This document shows positions 44,372 to 57,565 of a stretch of DNA of 64,000 nt, piece by piece (positions within the stretch are counted from its first letter, which is position 1; each line of letters begins with the position of its first letter). Source of the DNA: Octopus vulgaris (taxonomy: Eukaryota); contig OX597832.1 of the NCBI GenBank assembly GCA_951406725.2, positions 21,080,001-21,144,000 of the forward strand, given 5' to 3'. Under the pieces are notes generated by a model that saw only the letters and a program-made list of their open reading frames with translations, was not told where the DNA came from and ran no database searches. Position numbers and translations under genes: made by a program.

Positions 44372-45317
44372 CTAGCAGCATAGCTCGGCGTTGCCCGGGT
44401 ATGTAAGAGCCCCTAGTAGGCAACGACTAATCCCAATCTAGTTCTTTCCCTCTAGGGAAGGAAGGCGCGTGTGTAGGTTGCAATGTCTTCTCTTCACTCG
44501 AATACTTCTGTGTATACGATGTTCCTAGCTGTCCCTTTGGGCGAAAACAAGAAAACATCATTGCGCCTCCCAACGTGTGAACAGCCCACGTAGAGTTGAC
44601 CGTGGGCGAAGCACTGTTGGCCCAACTGTAACCCAGCGACTTGTAGCGTTTGGCCTTAGGATTTATTGATGAACATTGCGAAGCAGAGTTTAACAGGAAA
44701 CTGAGAACGCCTGAAGTGGATTGGTAGGTCAGCGCCCGACGGTTGAAGGTGCATGCGTCCTCTCCCTTCCCACAACGGGTAAGTATTGTGGCTTTATTAA
44801 ATGTGGTGGCAAATGTTTCACAACCAGACGTGTGCCGTTGTACTGTTTAGGTGGAACCAAATTCCTGATGAGCATAATGGGCGCACCGACTTTTAACTTC
44901 AGGATGTGTGGCGGCAGGCCTGGCGGTTCAAGTGAATTCAGGAATTCAACAGGATAATCGGCAAGCTCGGCGGGGTCTGCTGTCCTATCAATAGATTTGT
45001 AGACGTGGACATCACCAGGAATAGCCTCAAGTAGCTGGATATTGATGGCGTTGAGAGTTAAAAAGGTCGAGTTGCGTCCCCTAGACAGTCTGTGGTTTGT
45101 GTTTCTGATTCTCGACCCCATGACGAATGTATCGATTTTTTTCAGAACTGGGGGAACTTTTCAACATTTTCGCTGCGTTAGTTTTGAATCATGACATTGG
45201 GCTATGTGTGTGTCAAGTTTCATCAGAATCGGTTGAAAGCCGTGATCAGGGTGAGGATACAACCTGACAGACAAACAGACACACGGACAGACAAACTGCC
45301 GTTTATATATAGAGAGA
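44372..45317 (-). mobile_element. Inner (original) Helitron unit: 5' end + helicase C-terminus + native 3' end
   Basis: Minus strand CCCGGGCAACGCCGAG hairpin + CTATGCTG + CTAG|T at 44372, ~120 bp after the helicase stop codon. Confidence 0.85.
44494..45060 (-). pseudogene. Helitron RepHel PIF1-like helicase, C-terminal fragment
   Basis: YKSID..YPVEFLNSLEPPGLPPHILKLKVGAPIMLIRNL..NGTRLVVK, then after frameshift(s) LPIHFRRSQFPVKLCFAMFINKS*GQTLQVAGL..CFAHGQLYVGCSHVG..RNIVYTEVFE*; premature TAA at 44656-44658. Confidence 0.93.
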
Positions 45318-45320
45318 TAC

Positions 45321-45359
<39 letters not shown>

Positions 45360-45533
45360 AATATACATACCTATATATAAATATACATATATATACATAT
45401 ATATATATATACACATATATAAATATACATATTTGCTTTCTATATATACATATATATATACATATATAAATATACAAATATATATATATAAATATATAAA
45501 TATACATGTATATATATATATACATATATATAC

Positions 45534-45575
<42 letters not shown>

Positions 45576-45730
45576 GCATATATACATGCATATACATTCA
45601 TATATATATAATATATATATATATATACATGCATAAATATATATATATATATATAACCTTTTATTCTTTTATCCATTTTCGACTAAATGCTATGACCGTC
45701 CCGAGGTATTCCGGCAATCTATAGATTTAA

Positions 45731-46035
45731 GGTTTAAGGATGTTGAACGAACCACCCATGTTTCCAGAGGTGAATTATTCAAACCCCAAAGAATCCCTCT
45801 CAACACATGGCTACGATGCTCCCCCACTACTTCTGCTCTTGATCAGGGATGCACATATCATCAGCCACTAAGGGACGTGCTCAACTGATTAAGTTCAAGC
45901 AACTGATAAGCAAATCTGTGGTATTGAGCAGAATATTTGCTGTAGCCCATCTTTTATACCAAGACTAAATGCACATGATTACACTTCCAATCAGTTAAGA
46001 TCAGAAGTCATGAGAACCACTGCCTGGCACTGCAT
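45731..46035. mobile_element. (TTA)n-anchored non-coding element, right part
   Basis: Overlaps the 24269-24592 copy in sequence and ends ..CACTGCCTGGCACTGCAT directly on (TTA)n. Confidence 0.65.
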
Positions 46036-46061
46036 ATTATTATTATTATCATTATTATTAA

Positions 46062-46112
<51 letters not shown>

Positions 46113-46119
<7 letters not shown>

Positions 46120-46330
46120 CTGCGCGCATAAGCGAAAGCAGGTTATTGTAATCACTCGTAGTTGTGTGTTTGGAAGATTACAGGAAAACGGCCGAACGGA
46201 TTTTCACCACATTTGGTAGAAATACTCATTTGGTTAGTGGCTGAAAATGATGAACATTTCGGTTGATTATCTTCAAAAAAAGTGAAATTTAATCGAACTT
46301 ACAAAAATCCCGATAAGCAAGTGGTCATAT
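46113..46330 (+). mobile_element. Possible Helentron-associated (HINE/DINE-like) element 5' part
   Basis: ATTACCCTGC..GCAGG short hairpin followed by GATTACAGGAAAACGGCCGAACGGATTTTCACCACATTTGGT, like HINE cores; 3' end not found. Confidence 0.4.
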
Positions 46331-46707
46331 TATTTTCTTAACTTTCTTTTTCATATGAATCGACACCCGTCTGTGTGTACCTATAAATCATGATGTACCT
46401 ATGTGTGTAAGCACCTGTGCGTACATACATACATGTCTGTGTATGTGTGTATTTCTCTGTGTGTGTGTATGTGTGCGTGTGTGTGTCCCTGTGTGTGTGT
46501 GTGGGGAGGGGTACAGTGATGGATTCGAGGGTTTTGTTTATTTACGAATTGATTTCTTGATTTCACCGGAGAAGAAATACTTATAATGGTGATACTTTAA
46601 AAAAAATGCTAAATTCAGTTCAATTAAAAAACATGGCTAAGCAGCACATTGTAAGCCACACTATAATTTGCAAAAACATTTGTCTGCATACAGGATATGC
46701 AAGGACC

Positions 46708-47049
46708 TCAAGCAGTTAATACTTTCCTTAAGATGTGCGCTGTGCCCGATAAGGGCTGCTCTTTGCAAGACATCAATATTGCATGGGATTTCCAGTTGTC
46801 TTAAGAAGTCTTGAAGTTTCAATGGGATTGAGTCCAACATTCCAATCACCTCTGGTATCACTTTTACATTATCCTCTCGCATTCCATATAGTCTTGTCAT
46901 TTTCTCTTTCGATTCGGAATATGTGGTGATTTTTTTTCAACCTCTTTACTCACAACATTCATGTCATTTTGTATGGCTACATCAATGATCTGACAGTATT
47001 TGTCTCTCTTACTCAATATGACAATATCCAGCCGACGGTGTTCGATTAC
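46708..47049 (-). pseudogene. R4/Dong-like non-LTR retrotransposon restriction-like endonuclease C-terminus
   Basis: VIEHRRLDIVILSKRDKYCQIIDVAIQND..EK/ITTYSESKEKMTRLYG..VKVIPEVIGMLDSIP..LQRAALIG/TAHILRKVLTA*; RPD..D..K pattern with two frameshifts. Confidence 0.8.
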
Positions 47050-47107
47050 ACATTTTAGGCCTTGTGCCTATATTAGAATAGTATTATTATTATCATTATT
47101 ATTATTA

Positions 47108-47163
<56 letters not shown>

Positions 47164-47165
<2 letters not shown>

Positions 47166-47390
47166 TCTTTTACTCTTTACTCTTTTACTTGTTTCAGTCG
47201 TTTGACTGCGGCCATGCTGGAGCACCGCCTTTAATCGAGCAACTCAACTCCGGGACTTATTCTTTGTAAGCCCAGTACTTATTCTATCGGTCTCTTTTGC
47301 CGAACCGGCTAAGTGACGGGGACATAAACACACCAGCATCGGTTGTCAAGCAATGCTAGGGGGACAAACACAGACACACAAACACACACA

Positions 47391-47451
<61 letters not shown>

Positions 47452-47603
47452 GACGAGCTTCTTTTCAGTTTTCGTCTACCAAATCCACTCACAAGGCTTT
47501 GGTCGGCCCGAGAAGACACTTGCCCAAGGTGCCACGCAGTGGGACTGAACCCGGAACCATGTGGTTGGTAAAGAAGCTACTTACCACACAGCCACTCCTG
47601 CGC
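47164..47603 (-). mobile_element. SINE family 1, full length
   Basis: Reverse-complement match to family 1; flanked by (TTA)n. Confidence 0.9.
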
Positions 47604-47647
47604 ATATCATTATTATTTTAATTTATTATTATTATTATTATTATTAT

Positions 47648-48710
47648 TTGTTTGTCAGACGCGATTTTCCGCAGCTCGTCTCTTTGACGGAGCTGCAGAC
47701 GTGGATCAAACGTAGACCGAGAAAGGGCGCTTGGCACCTCGAGTGCCGTCAAGCTCTCTCCGCCCTCCGCCAGGCGGGCAATGCGATCGGTTACAGCTCC
47801 ACTCTAGCGTTCTATAGAGGGTTGTGGAGGAAAAATGCGACGACGTTCTCGGGGAAACTCTAGGCGTTGAAGACGACGAACTGAGCAGTCTGTTCGGAAG
47901 AACTTTCGGGCCGGGGCCGATGGATAATTTCCAGAGGTCGCTCGCCTGGCAGTGCTACCGAGGGGCTCTGCATGTTCGAGATAAACTCTACCGGCACGGT
48001 AGTGCCGTCAGCCGGGCCTGCCCGAGGTGTTGCCAGGACGACGAAACCGTCCTGCACGCACTCGTCCAGTGCCCGAGTATTGCTGAAATATGGGTTTATG
48101 TCGAACAGCTACTGTCACGTGTAGGACGGATCCGACTATCGGCCGAATCCATAGTGAAGATTGCCCCGCCAACCTCCTTTAACAAGGAGGGCGAGGCCGT
48201 TTTCTTGTGCCTAGTGGCTGTGGCGAAAGAAGTTGTGTGGTGGACTCGTTTGAAAGGGCTAAAGTCAGACACTTTCCTCTTTGGTCAAGGCCTCATCAAC
48301 TTTTTCAAGTTTCACTTGAAAAGGAAGATGAGGTTAGAGAGGAAAGTGCTGTCCGATAGCAAGTTTTATGAAAGGTGGGTGAATTGTGCGAGACTGGCCT
48401 GTATAAATGGACCAGTTCTCAGGTTTCGCCTGTGATTTCAAAAAGATAATACAAAAGGAGAAAAAAGGGACTCGCTACACCCCTTTTTTGACCAGGCTCC
48501 CGTTGGCTTTTGTAGGGTTTTTTCCACCAGGAACCTTTCGAAACGTCTCCCCCTTTTGGGAGTTTTTCATTGTTGAATTTTTTAAATTGTTATAAAGATT
48601 TTTACTCGATGTTTTTCAAAAACGGACAAAACCCTTTGTAACCTTTCGTCCTGTTTTGTCCCTTTATGTAATCATGCGTGTCAGCCCTTGTGGCCAATAA
48701 AAACGAATTG
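47648..48710 (+). mobile_element. 5'-truncated L1/Tx1-clade LINE (ORF2 C-terminus with zf-RVT-like CCHC motif + 3' UTR) inserted in (TTA)n
   Basis: LAWQCYRGALHVRDKLYRHG..CPRCCQDDETVLHALVQC; frameshift at ~47823; stop at 48435; ends GCCCTTGTGGCCAATAAAAACGAATTG; (TTA)n on both sides. Confidence 0.85.
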
Positions 48711-48762
<52 letters not shown>

Positions 48763-49261
48763 GCATTTACATTTTATTATAGATATGTGTATCTTTATTC
48801 TTTGAGCGTAGAGTAAAGTGGACAAACAAAAGTTTCTCATGTAACATTACAACAGAACTTTCCTTTTGTAAATTTACCTTCTACAATTTGTTGGAGCAGG
48901 AAACAGACACAATATATGCGAGTTTATGACGGGGGAGATGACAACTAATCTATAAACAAACTATCGCTTAGTTAATTATATGCATAAATATATATACATA
49001 GAAATTAAGAGGAATGACCACTAAAGTGGATTCCTAATATGCTAAAGATAGGCGCCAAATCTAAAGAAAATTTCAGCAGACGCCCGAATGTGAAAATGAG
49101 CAAGACATATGAAAATATAGGAAAAAAAAAAAACGATTAATTTGTTTGTAATATAATTTTTAATCTTCCAATCGATCTTTTAAATATGCTAAGCCACTGG
49201 TTTTAATTGATTAATATCAATTTCTACCCTCATTATTTCATTTCATAAATACATATAGATG

Positions 49262-49406
<145 letters not shown>

Positions 49407-49690
49407 CTGTTTTTCTATTTATCTATCTATCCATTTTTGTATCCATTTATCTATTTATCTATCTATCCATCTATCTAATTACCTATCTATCTATCCATCT
49501 ACCTATTTCGCTATCTATCTGTTTGTCTGTCTTGTCAGAATTTACAAAAAAAAAAACGAAAGATGAAGATGGGTGTAACGCTCGGTAAGTGAGAAAGTTT
49601 TCTTTCTATCTATCTATTTATCTATCTATCTTTCTACCTATCTATCTATCTATCTATTTGTTTGCGTACCTGTTTGTCTGTCTATCTATT

Positions 49691-49758
<68 letters not shown>

Positions 49759-49771
49759 CAGATAGAGAGAT

Positions 49772-49845
49772 AGGTTTCTTTATTAGCCACACAGGGCTGA
49801 ACACAGAAGGGACAAATTACAAAGTAGAACTTTTCTTTTGGGGGA
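49772..49845 (-). mobile_element. (GATA)n-inserted retroelement 3' end, shorter copy
   Basis: Same tail as 35682; GATA repeats on both sides. Confidence 0.75.
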
Positions 49846-49882
49846 GATAGGTTGATAGATAGACAGATAGATAGATAGAGAG

Positions 49883-49913
<31 letters not shown>

Positions 49914-50213
49914 TACATACATACATACATACATGCATGCATACATACATGCATACATACATGCATACATACATACATACATACATACATACATACATAC
50001 ATACATACATACATACATACATACATACATACATACATACATGCATTATTTTGGCTATGGTTGTTATTGATCCGCCCGTTTCTTCTAGTTGGTCGATCAG
50101 TTGCTTGCTTGGTTCTTAATATATGGAAATACTGAGTCGGTCGTGAATAGAGAAGAAATTTCTAAAGGCGGCATTGGAACGTTGGTAATGCAATTATACG
50201 TGTGTTGGAAGTG

Positions 50214-50252
<39 letters not shown>

Positions 50253-50304
50253 GGAGAGAGAAAGAGTCAGGGGAAAAGTAAGAGAGGGAGAGAAACAGGG
50301 AAAA

Positions 50305-50343
<39 letters not shown>

Positions 50344-50423
50344 GGCAGACTGAGAGACAGAGAGAGAGACATTGGTTCGTTCGTTTCCAAGTGATGTGGT
50401 GGAATTAGAATTGCTCCGGGCAA

Positions 50424-50442
50424 ACTACTACCACTACCACTG

Positions 50443-50526
<84 letters not shown>

Positions 50527-51665
50527 ATGATGATAATAATACCACCTCTACTATTGTCACCACTACTTGTATAGTAGTGTTGGTGTTGTTGTTGTTGCTG
50601 GTGGTGGTGGTGGTGGTGGTGATGGTGTTGGTGGTGTTGGTGGTGGTGGTGGTGGTGGTGGTGATGGTGTTGGTGGTGTTGGTGGTGGTGGTGGTGGTGG
50701 TGGTGATGGTGTTGGTGGTGTTGGTGGTGGTGGTGGTGGTGTGTTGGTGGTGGTAGCGGTGGTGGTGGTGCTGGTTATCGCAATGGCATTATACAGTTGT
50801 CTTGCAGAAAGTAGAGTGGTGGTACTTGTAGGGACGTTGACTCTGTTGCTATTGTTGCTGTCGTTGTGGATGTTGTTATTGTTGTTGTTGATTTTGTTGT
50901 GGGTATGGTAATGGTGTTTGGGGCGGAGTAGTATTGGTGAGAGTGGTGGTAGAGCTGGTAGAAGTAGTGGTGATCGCCGGTGTGGTGTTTGTGGTGGTGG
51001 TAGTGGCGTTGGTGTTAGTGGTGGTGGTGGTGGGTTGGTTGTGGTTTTTGATGGTGGTAGTGACAGTGGTGGTGGTGGGTTGTTGTTGGTGGTGGTTGTG
51101 GTAGTGTTTATGGTGCTAGTTGGCTGGTGGTAGTGGAGGTGATGGTTGTGGCGGGGGTGGTACTGGTGTTGGTATTGGTGATGGTGGTGGTATTGTTATG
51201 GTGGTGGGTTGGTGGTGCTATTGGTTATGGTGGTGGTGGGTTGGTGGTGGCGGCGGTTGTAGTGGTGGTGGTGGTGGCAGCGGCGGTTGTAGTGGTGGTG
51301 GTGGCGGCGGCGGTGGTGGTGGTGGTGGTGGTGTTGGTGTTGGTGGTGGTGGTGGTGGTGGTGTTGGTGTTGGTGTTGGTGGTGGTGTTGGTGGTTATGA
51401 TGGTGGTGGTGGTGGTGGTGGTAGTGATGGGTGTTCGTAGCAGCTGTCATCACGGTGTTGCTGTTTATATTGTTGCTATGGTTGTTGTTGTTGGTTGGTT
51501 TAGTTTCGATGGTCGTGACGTTGATGCTGTTGCTGCGACGATGGTACTTTTGGTGGTGTTTGGTGTTGTTGGCGACGATGATGAGGCTAGAGATAATTAC
51601 TAATGTTCTTGTTGTTATAGTTGGTGTTACTGTTCCTGCTGCTGCTGCCGTTGATGCTGTTGATT
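50424..51665. repeat. (ACT)n then (GGT/GTT)n low-complexity tract
   Basis: Directly visible; source of the Gly/Val/His-rich ORFs. Confidence 0.9.
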
Positions 51666-51875
51666 AGCCCCAGGTCAGTTTCGATCGAGGAACTTACGTA
51701 CTAACAAGAGTGTATTTTGTGGTAAATTACAAGAGGGCGCTGAAGTAGAGCGATGCATAATACGACCAGAAATTGGATTGGACAAACGTGACGAAAACAC
51801 GTTCTTTATAATAGCACACACACATCTATAGAAATACACAAACACACATACACACATACACACACTCACACACAC

Positions 51876-51924
<49 letters not shown>

Positions 51925-52052
51925 GTATATATGTATGTATTTATGCATGTATGTATATATGTATGTATATATAAATACGCATGTGCATGTATAAATTTAT
52001 GGGTTTTATTTAGAAAGGAAAGTGAAACTGTAATTAGTACAATATGTAGTGA

Positions 52053-52101
<49 letters not shown>

Positions 52102-52226
52102 GGAGTAAACACATAAATGTGAAACAAGGTGGAAAAAAGAGTACTCAAATACCAGTGGTAAAGTAATATGCTTTGAACGGCAACGGGAAACTCAGAGTAA
52201 CAGGTTTTGTTGAATTTTTTGCTGCT

Positions 52227-52388
52227 TGGCTGTGTGGTAAGTAGCTTGCTAACCAACCACATGGTCCCGGGTTCAGTCCCACTGCGTGGCATCTTGGGCA
52301 AGTGTCTTCTGCTATAGCCCCGGGCAGACCAATACCTTGTGAGTGGATTTGGTAGACGGAAACTGAAAGAAGCCTGTCGTATATATGT

Positions 52389-52450
<62 letters not shown>

Positions 52451-52633
52451 TTGTCCCCCTAGCATTGCTTGACAACCGATGCTGGTGTGTTTACGTCCCC
52501 GTTACTTAGCGGTTCGGCAAAAAGAGACTGATAGAATAAGCACTGGGCTTACAAATAATAAGTCCCGGGGTCGATTTGCTCGACTAAAGGCGGTGCTCCA
52601 GCATGGCCACAGTCAAATGACTGAAACAAGTAA
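52227..52633 (+). mobile_element. SINE family 1
   Basis: Match to family 1, slightly 5'-truncated. Confidence 0.9.
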
Positions 52634-52848
52634 TAAAAAACAAATATATATATATATATATATATGATATATACATATACATATATGATATATATCTGTG
52701 TGTGTGTGCGTGTGTGTATGTGTGTGTGTGTATTAAATGTCAGTCATGCTACTCATAGATTGGTGTTCACAGTCCCTATGAAGGAAGATATGAGTGATAT
52801 CAGAGTACAACATAAACTCTAAATGGTATATATGCTCATGTGTGTGTG

Positions 52849-52902
<54 letters not shown>

Positions 52903-53014
52903 GCGTGTGTGTGTGTTAATATAAATAAGCAGACAGACAGATAGATAGATAGATAAATGAAAAATATATCATTCATCATTTAATAGCTCGAACACGTATA
53001 TGCATTTTGTATTA

Positions 53015-53224
53015 TTCTTTTACTTGTTTCAGCTATTTGACTGTGGCCATGCTGGAGCACCGCTTCTAGTCGAATAAATCGACCCCAGAACTTATTCTTT
53101 GCAAGCCTAGTACTTATTCTATCGGTTAATTTTGCCGAACCGCTAAGTCACGGGGATTTAAGCACGCCAGCATCGGTTGTCGAGCGATGTTGGAGAACGA
53201 ACCCAGACACACAAACATATACAC

Positions 53225-53301
<77 letters not shown>

Positions 53302-53476
53302 CATATACATATACGAAGGGCTCCTTTCATTTTCCGTCTACCAAATCCGCTCACAAGGCTTTCGTAGGCCCGAGGCTATAGTAGAAGACACTTGCCCAAG
53401 GTGCCACGCAGTGGGACTGAACCCGGAGCCATGTGGTTGGTAAGCAAGCTACTAACTACACAGCCACTCGTACGCC
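53015..53476 (-). mobile_element. SINE family 1
   Basis: Reverse-complement match to family 1. Confidence 0.9.
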
Positions 53477-54235
53477 TATAAATACCTACTTACATACGTA
53501 GATCCATAAATACGAGGGGCTAAATAACAGTAACATTCGTCCTAACCAGGACTGCCACATTATGTAGGTAAATAATTTTTACTCTAGAGTGCTGTTACTG
53601 AATATCTGTCGTTGAGAGATTTAGAAATAATAATTTTGCTATTTATATATAAAATATTATTTCGCTAAGTTCATTTCTACGAATCATTAATATTTACGTT
53701 CCAACTTCCAGGAATGCGTTTAAAATGTAAAATTGGTATATCCACAAACTATACACCGTTATATATAGTAGCAATTTCAGCAATGGGTTGGATGGGTGCT
53801 GATAAAGGGGTAAAATCCCCTGAAATATGGCATATATACTCCTTATCCATTTTTCATTTTCGATTTCGTTACTTGTTTACATCTGACGTCTCGTATACGA
53901 AACGCTGTAGCAAAAAAGTAACGTCCGACGGCATTTGAACGGGCGTTGCTAGTGCTTGACTACGTCATATGATGGTGCATCGTTATCAGAAACTTCTTTC
54001 ATCTCATCGAAAGTCTCTTTTGGGGTAAGACCTTTCAAGTATAAGAACCTAATGACTGATCTGCATTCAACTGCCTCTTAGTCCACATAAGCAGCCATAA
54101 AAGACAAACGAATTCTAGTGGAAAGCTGCAATTTACAATGTGACATGTAGAGACATGTATAATTATACCTGCACAAGTTCCGTTTCCTGCAATAACCGGA
54201 AGTGGCTCACGGGAAATCTTTAATGAACACCCATC

Positions 54236-54294
<59 letters not shown>

Positions 54295-54323
54295 CAAAAT
54301 AAGCAACAAGGATATCCAGAGGT

Positions 54324-54415
54324 TATGCAGTACGATCGTTTCATGCGACTCCATTTAATTAAACAATGCAAGTATTACATCAATTTCAAAATGTAGAGCA
54401 ATCTTCAGCTGCATA
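54324..54415 (-). ncRNA. Type I hammerhead-ribozyme-like motif in a Penelope-like end
   Basis: TATGCAG-CTGAAGA-TTGC..(long loop)..GCAT-GAAAC-GATC-GTA-CTGCATA: 7-bp stem I, palindromic stem III, GUA site; stem II closing pair is non-canonical. Confidence 0.55.
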
Positions 54416-54663
54416 CAAATATAGAATTTAGTCAAATTTAAGAGATTAATTTTTATAGTTATTCCATTGACCAACATCACAAAGAGGATAAGTAGGCAGG
54501 CAGAGAAACAAGTTTCATCAACAGAAACATAGTAGTAATTAGTACTTTTTCATGGAGATACTGCTTATCATTGGTTTTACTTTGCTTTACGGAACTTATA
54601 TATAGATCGCCATGTTGATTCGCTAGCTTCTCCTTGTTTCTCTCCGTGTTTCTTTTCTGTGTA

Positions 54664-54701
54664 TCTTTCTGTTGAAGAGCGTAGGCTCGAAACGTAAAAG
54701 A
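54664..54701 (+). ncRNA. Minimal hammerhead-like motif with variant core
   Basis: TCTTT-CTGTTGA-A-GAGC-GTAG-GCTC-GAAAC-GTA-AAAGA. Confidence 0.5.
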
Positions 54702-54796
54702 CTTGTTTTATTTATATTACTGAGCGCCATACTAATACAATTGTTTGTTTGTATTCCACCTGCCTTCGTCTTTGTTTATTTTCATAATGCTTCCCG

Positions 54797-54831
<35 letters not shown>

Positions 54832-54894
54832 TCCATATGCAAATAGATGGATAGATCGATAGACAGACAGACAGACAGATAGACAGATAGTTAG

Positions 54895-55002
<108 letters not shown>

Positions 55003-56018
55003 GTGACACAGTTCTTTAATGTCAATTTTTTTGTACTGACCTCCATGTCAGGTTTTTAATGCTGGAATATTTTTTAGTCTTTTGATTATTGAAACCGCCA
55101 TATTCATTCTCATGGACGAAGGCCAAAATATAATTGATTCTTTAATGCTTGTGCCCCATCATAATTTGTCCCTGCGGCCTCTAATTAGTTGTCTACCTAA
55201 TCGTGTCTGTCCCACTGGGCACGAGACCAATGTTATTTGGTTTTCAATGGAACGATTGTACCATTTCTTGAATAAGAGTTAAAGCATTACTGGTCCTTAC
55301 GTTATAAAGTTTGAATAAAATATGAAATACACATGCATACATACAGACATACACACGCATACATACATGTATACACACATGCATACATATATACATGCAT
55401 ACATACGTACATACACACACGTATACATATATATGCATATGTACATACATGCATACATATGTACATACACACGCATACATATATACACACTTACATGCAT
55501 GCATACGTACATACACACACGTATATATACGTGCATACATGCATACATACGTACATACACACACGCATATATATATATAAATACATACATTCAAACATAC
55601 GCACATTCACACACGCATACATACATACATACATACACACACGCCTACATATATACATACATACATGTATATATACATACATAAATACATACATATTCAC
55701 ACATACTTTCTCTATTGGCAAGAAATCTTGAAATATACTGAATAGTGACATACATATATGCGTAAAAGCATTATACAAGTTTATAATTTGAATATATATG
55801 AGCATGTATAGATATGCAACTATATGCATGAGAATATATGCAAAAAACAAAACATACAAATCTGCACATATACATATATACATACATACAGACATACAAA
55901 CAAAAATACCCTGTTGTTGTTAATGTTGAAATTCCAATGAAGGAGCCTTGGATCTAGGTTAGAAACCGGTTCTTTCCCCATTGGCAAGAGATCTTGAAAT
56001 AAAACTGAAAAATGAAAT

Positions 56019-56054
<36 letters not shown>

Positions 56055-57399
56055 GTATACATATATGCATACATACATACATACATACATACATACATAC
56101 ATACATACATACGTACATACATACATACATACATGCATACATTCATACATTCATACATACATACATACATACATACATACATACATACATACATACATAC
56201 ATACATGCATAGAAATAAGTGATACTCTTCAAGTTTGAGTCAGAATGAAGCTTTCGTGAAAGATGCTTGCCCATGATGTTGTACAGGGATATCGAACCTT
56301 GGACATCGTGACTGAAAAGCGAACTTCTTAGTAACTCGCCCATGCCTGAATTAATATATATTATGGCTTTGCTCAGCCATACTACATACAACGTGTCAGG
56401 AAAGCGAATATCAATATAGAACTATGTGATACAGTATACAGTATATTGATGAAGTATGAAATTATTCATCCTTGTAAAATTATGGCAACCCAGTTTCCTA
56501 AAATCGATTATTTCCTTGCATCTAGAAACCCTTTGTGACTATCGACCGATCGATTATGTTGCAACTATCAGTGCGTCTACAATTATCGATTCATGTTATA
56601 ACTGTGAATCCATTCATTACGTATTATTAATCATCCTGTCGATTGACAATCCATTTTATAATAACGGATCCGTCTGCAAGTTGCGCTCAGAAAATGTCCC
56701 CGGGACCTTCAGTCACGATTGTTAGAAATTATTTGCAAAACATGCGCGTTAATATCCGGGGCTACAAATTAATAGAGCCGACGTATACACTGGACACCTG
56801 GTTCTCATTTATTTCATCAACGACTGAAATAGTCCAAAATAAAAACCAAACCGATTGCGATGGCATTTGAATCATGAAGAGTGATATATCAATTTTTTTT
56901 TCTAAAATAAAAGACAAACATCTTTTCCTAAGGAGAATCTATAAGGATTATAATAAGGTAGATATCAGTCAGATTAAGGTATTTAATCCGACAACATACC
57001 CTCTCTGTCACTGCAATAAATCCTAAAGCTTAATGGATTTTAATATATAAGGCATTTGAAAAATACTTTTATACTTACACACGTAGATGCACACACACAA
57101 ATTAATATATATATATATATATATATACGACCTCGAACCCACAAGTGTAAACAAGAGAGACAGAGAAAGGCAGAAACAAGGAAAATGCCACTTATATTTG
57201 AAGGCTATACAAATATTCTTTTAAGAAAACTTTTCTTTTAATTTTTCTAAATTTAATTATTTAATCGTTACAGTTAAAAAGGTCTCAAAATGACCGAAAC
57301 CGGTACTGAAATGTTCTTTATAAAATTATTTTAGCATTTTCTATCTTGACTTGTTTTTTCATATATATCAACTCGTGTGTTCCTTTTCACCCTTATACA

Positions 57400-57452
<53 letters not shown>

Positions 57453-57565
57453 TTATATATTAGTCATCTGTTCCGGTGCCTTTTCTATTAGTTAGTCCTT
57501 CTCAAGATGACTACAAAGTCGTAAATTCAAATCAAAGAAATGTAAAATAACATTCACTAAATATA

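Larger units (their letters stand above)
42629..45317 (-). mobile_element. Composite non-autonomous Helitron carrying a U2 snRNA gene and a RepHel helicase fragment
   Basis: 5' A|TCTCTCTATATATAAAC at 45317; 3' CCCGAGCAACGCCGGG hairpin + CTGG|T at 42629; internal second 3' end at 44372; both outer ends shared with 5669-6037. Confidence 0.88.

Noticed and set aside
50567-51667. Gly-rich structural-protein-like ORFs
   Set aside because: (GGT)n low complexity with repeated frame changes and stops
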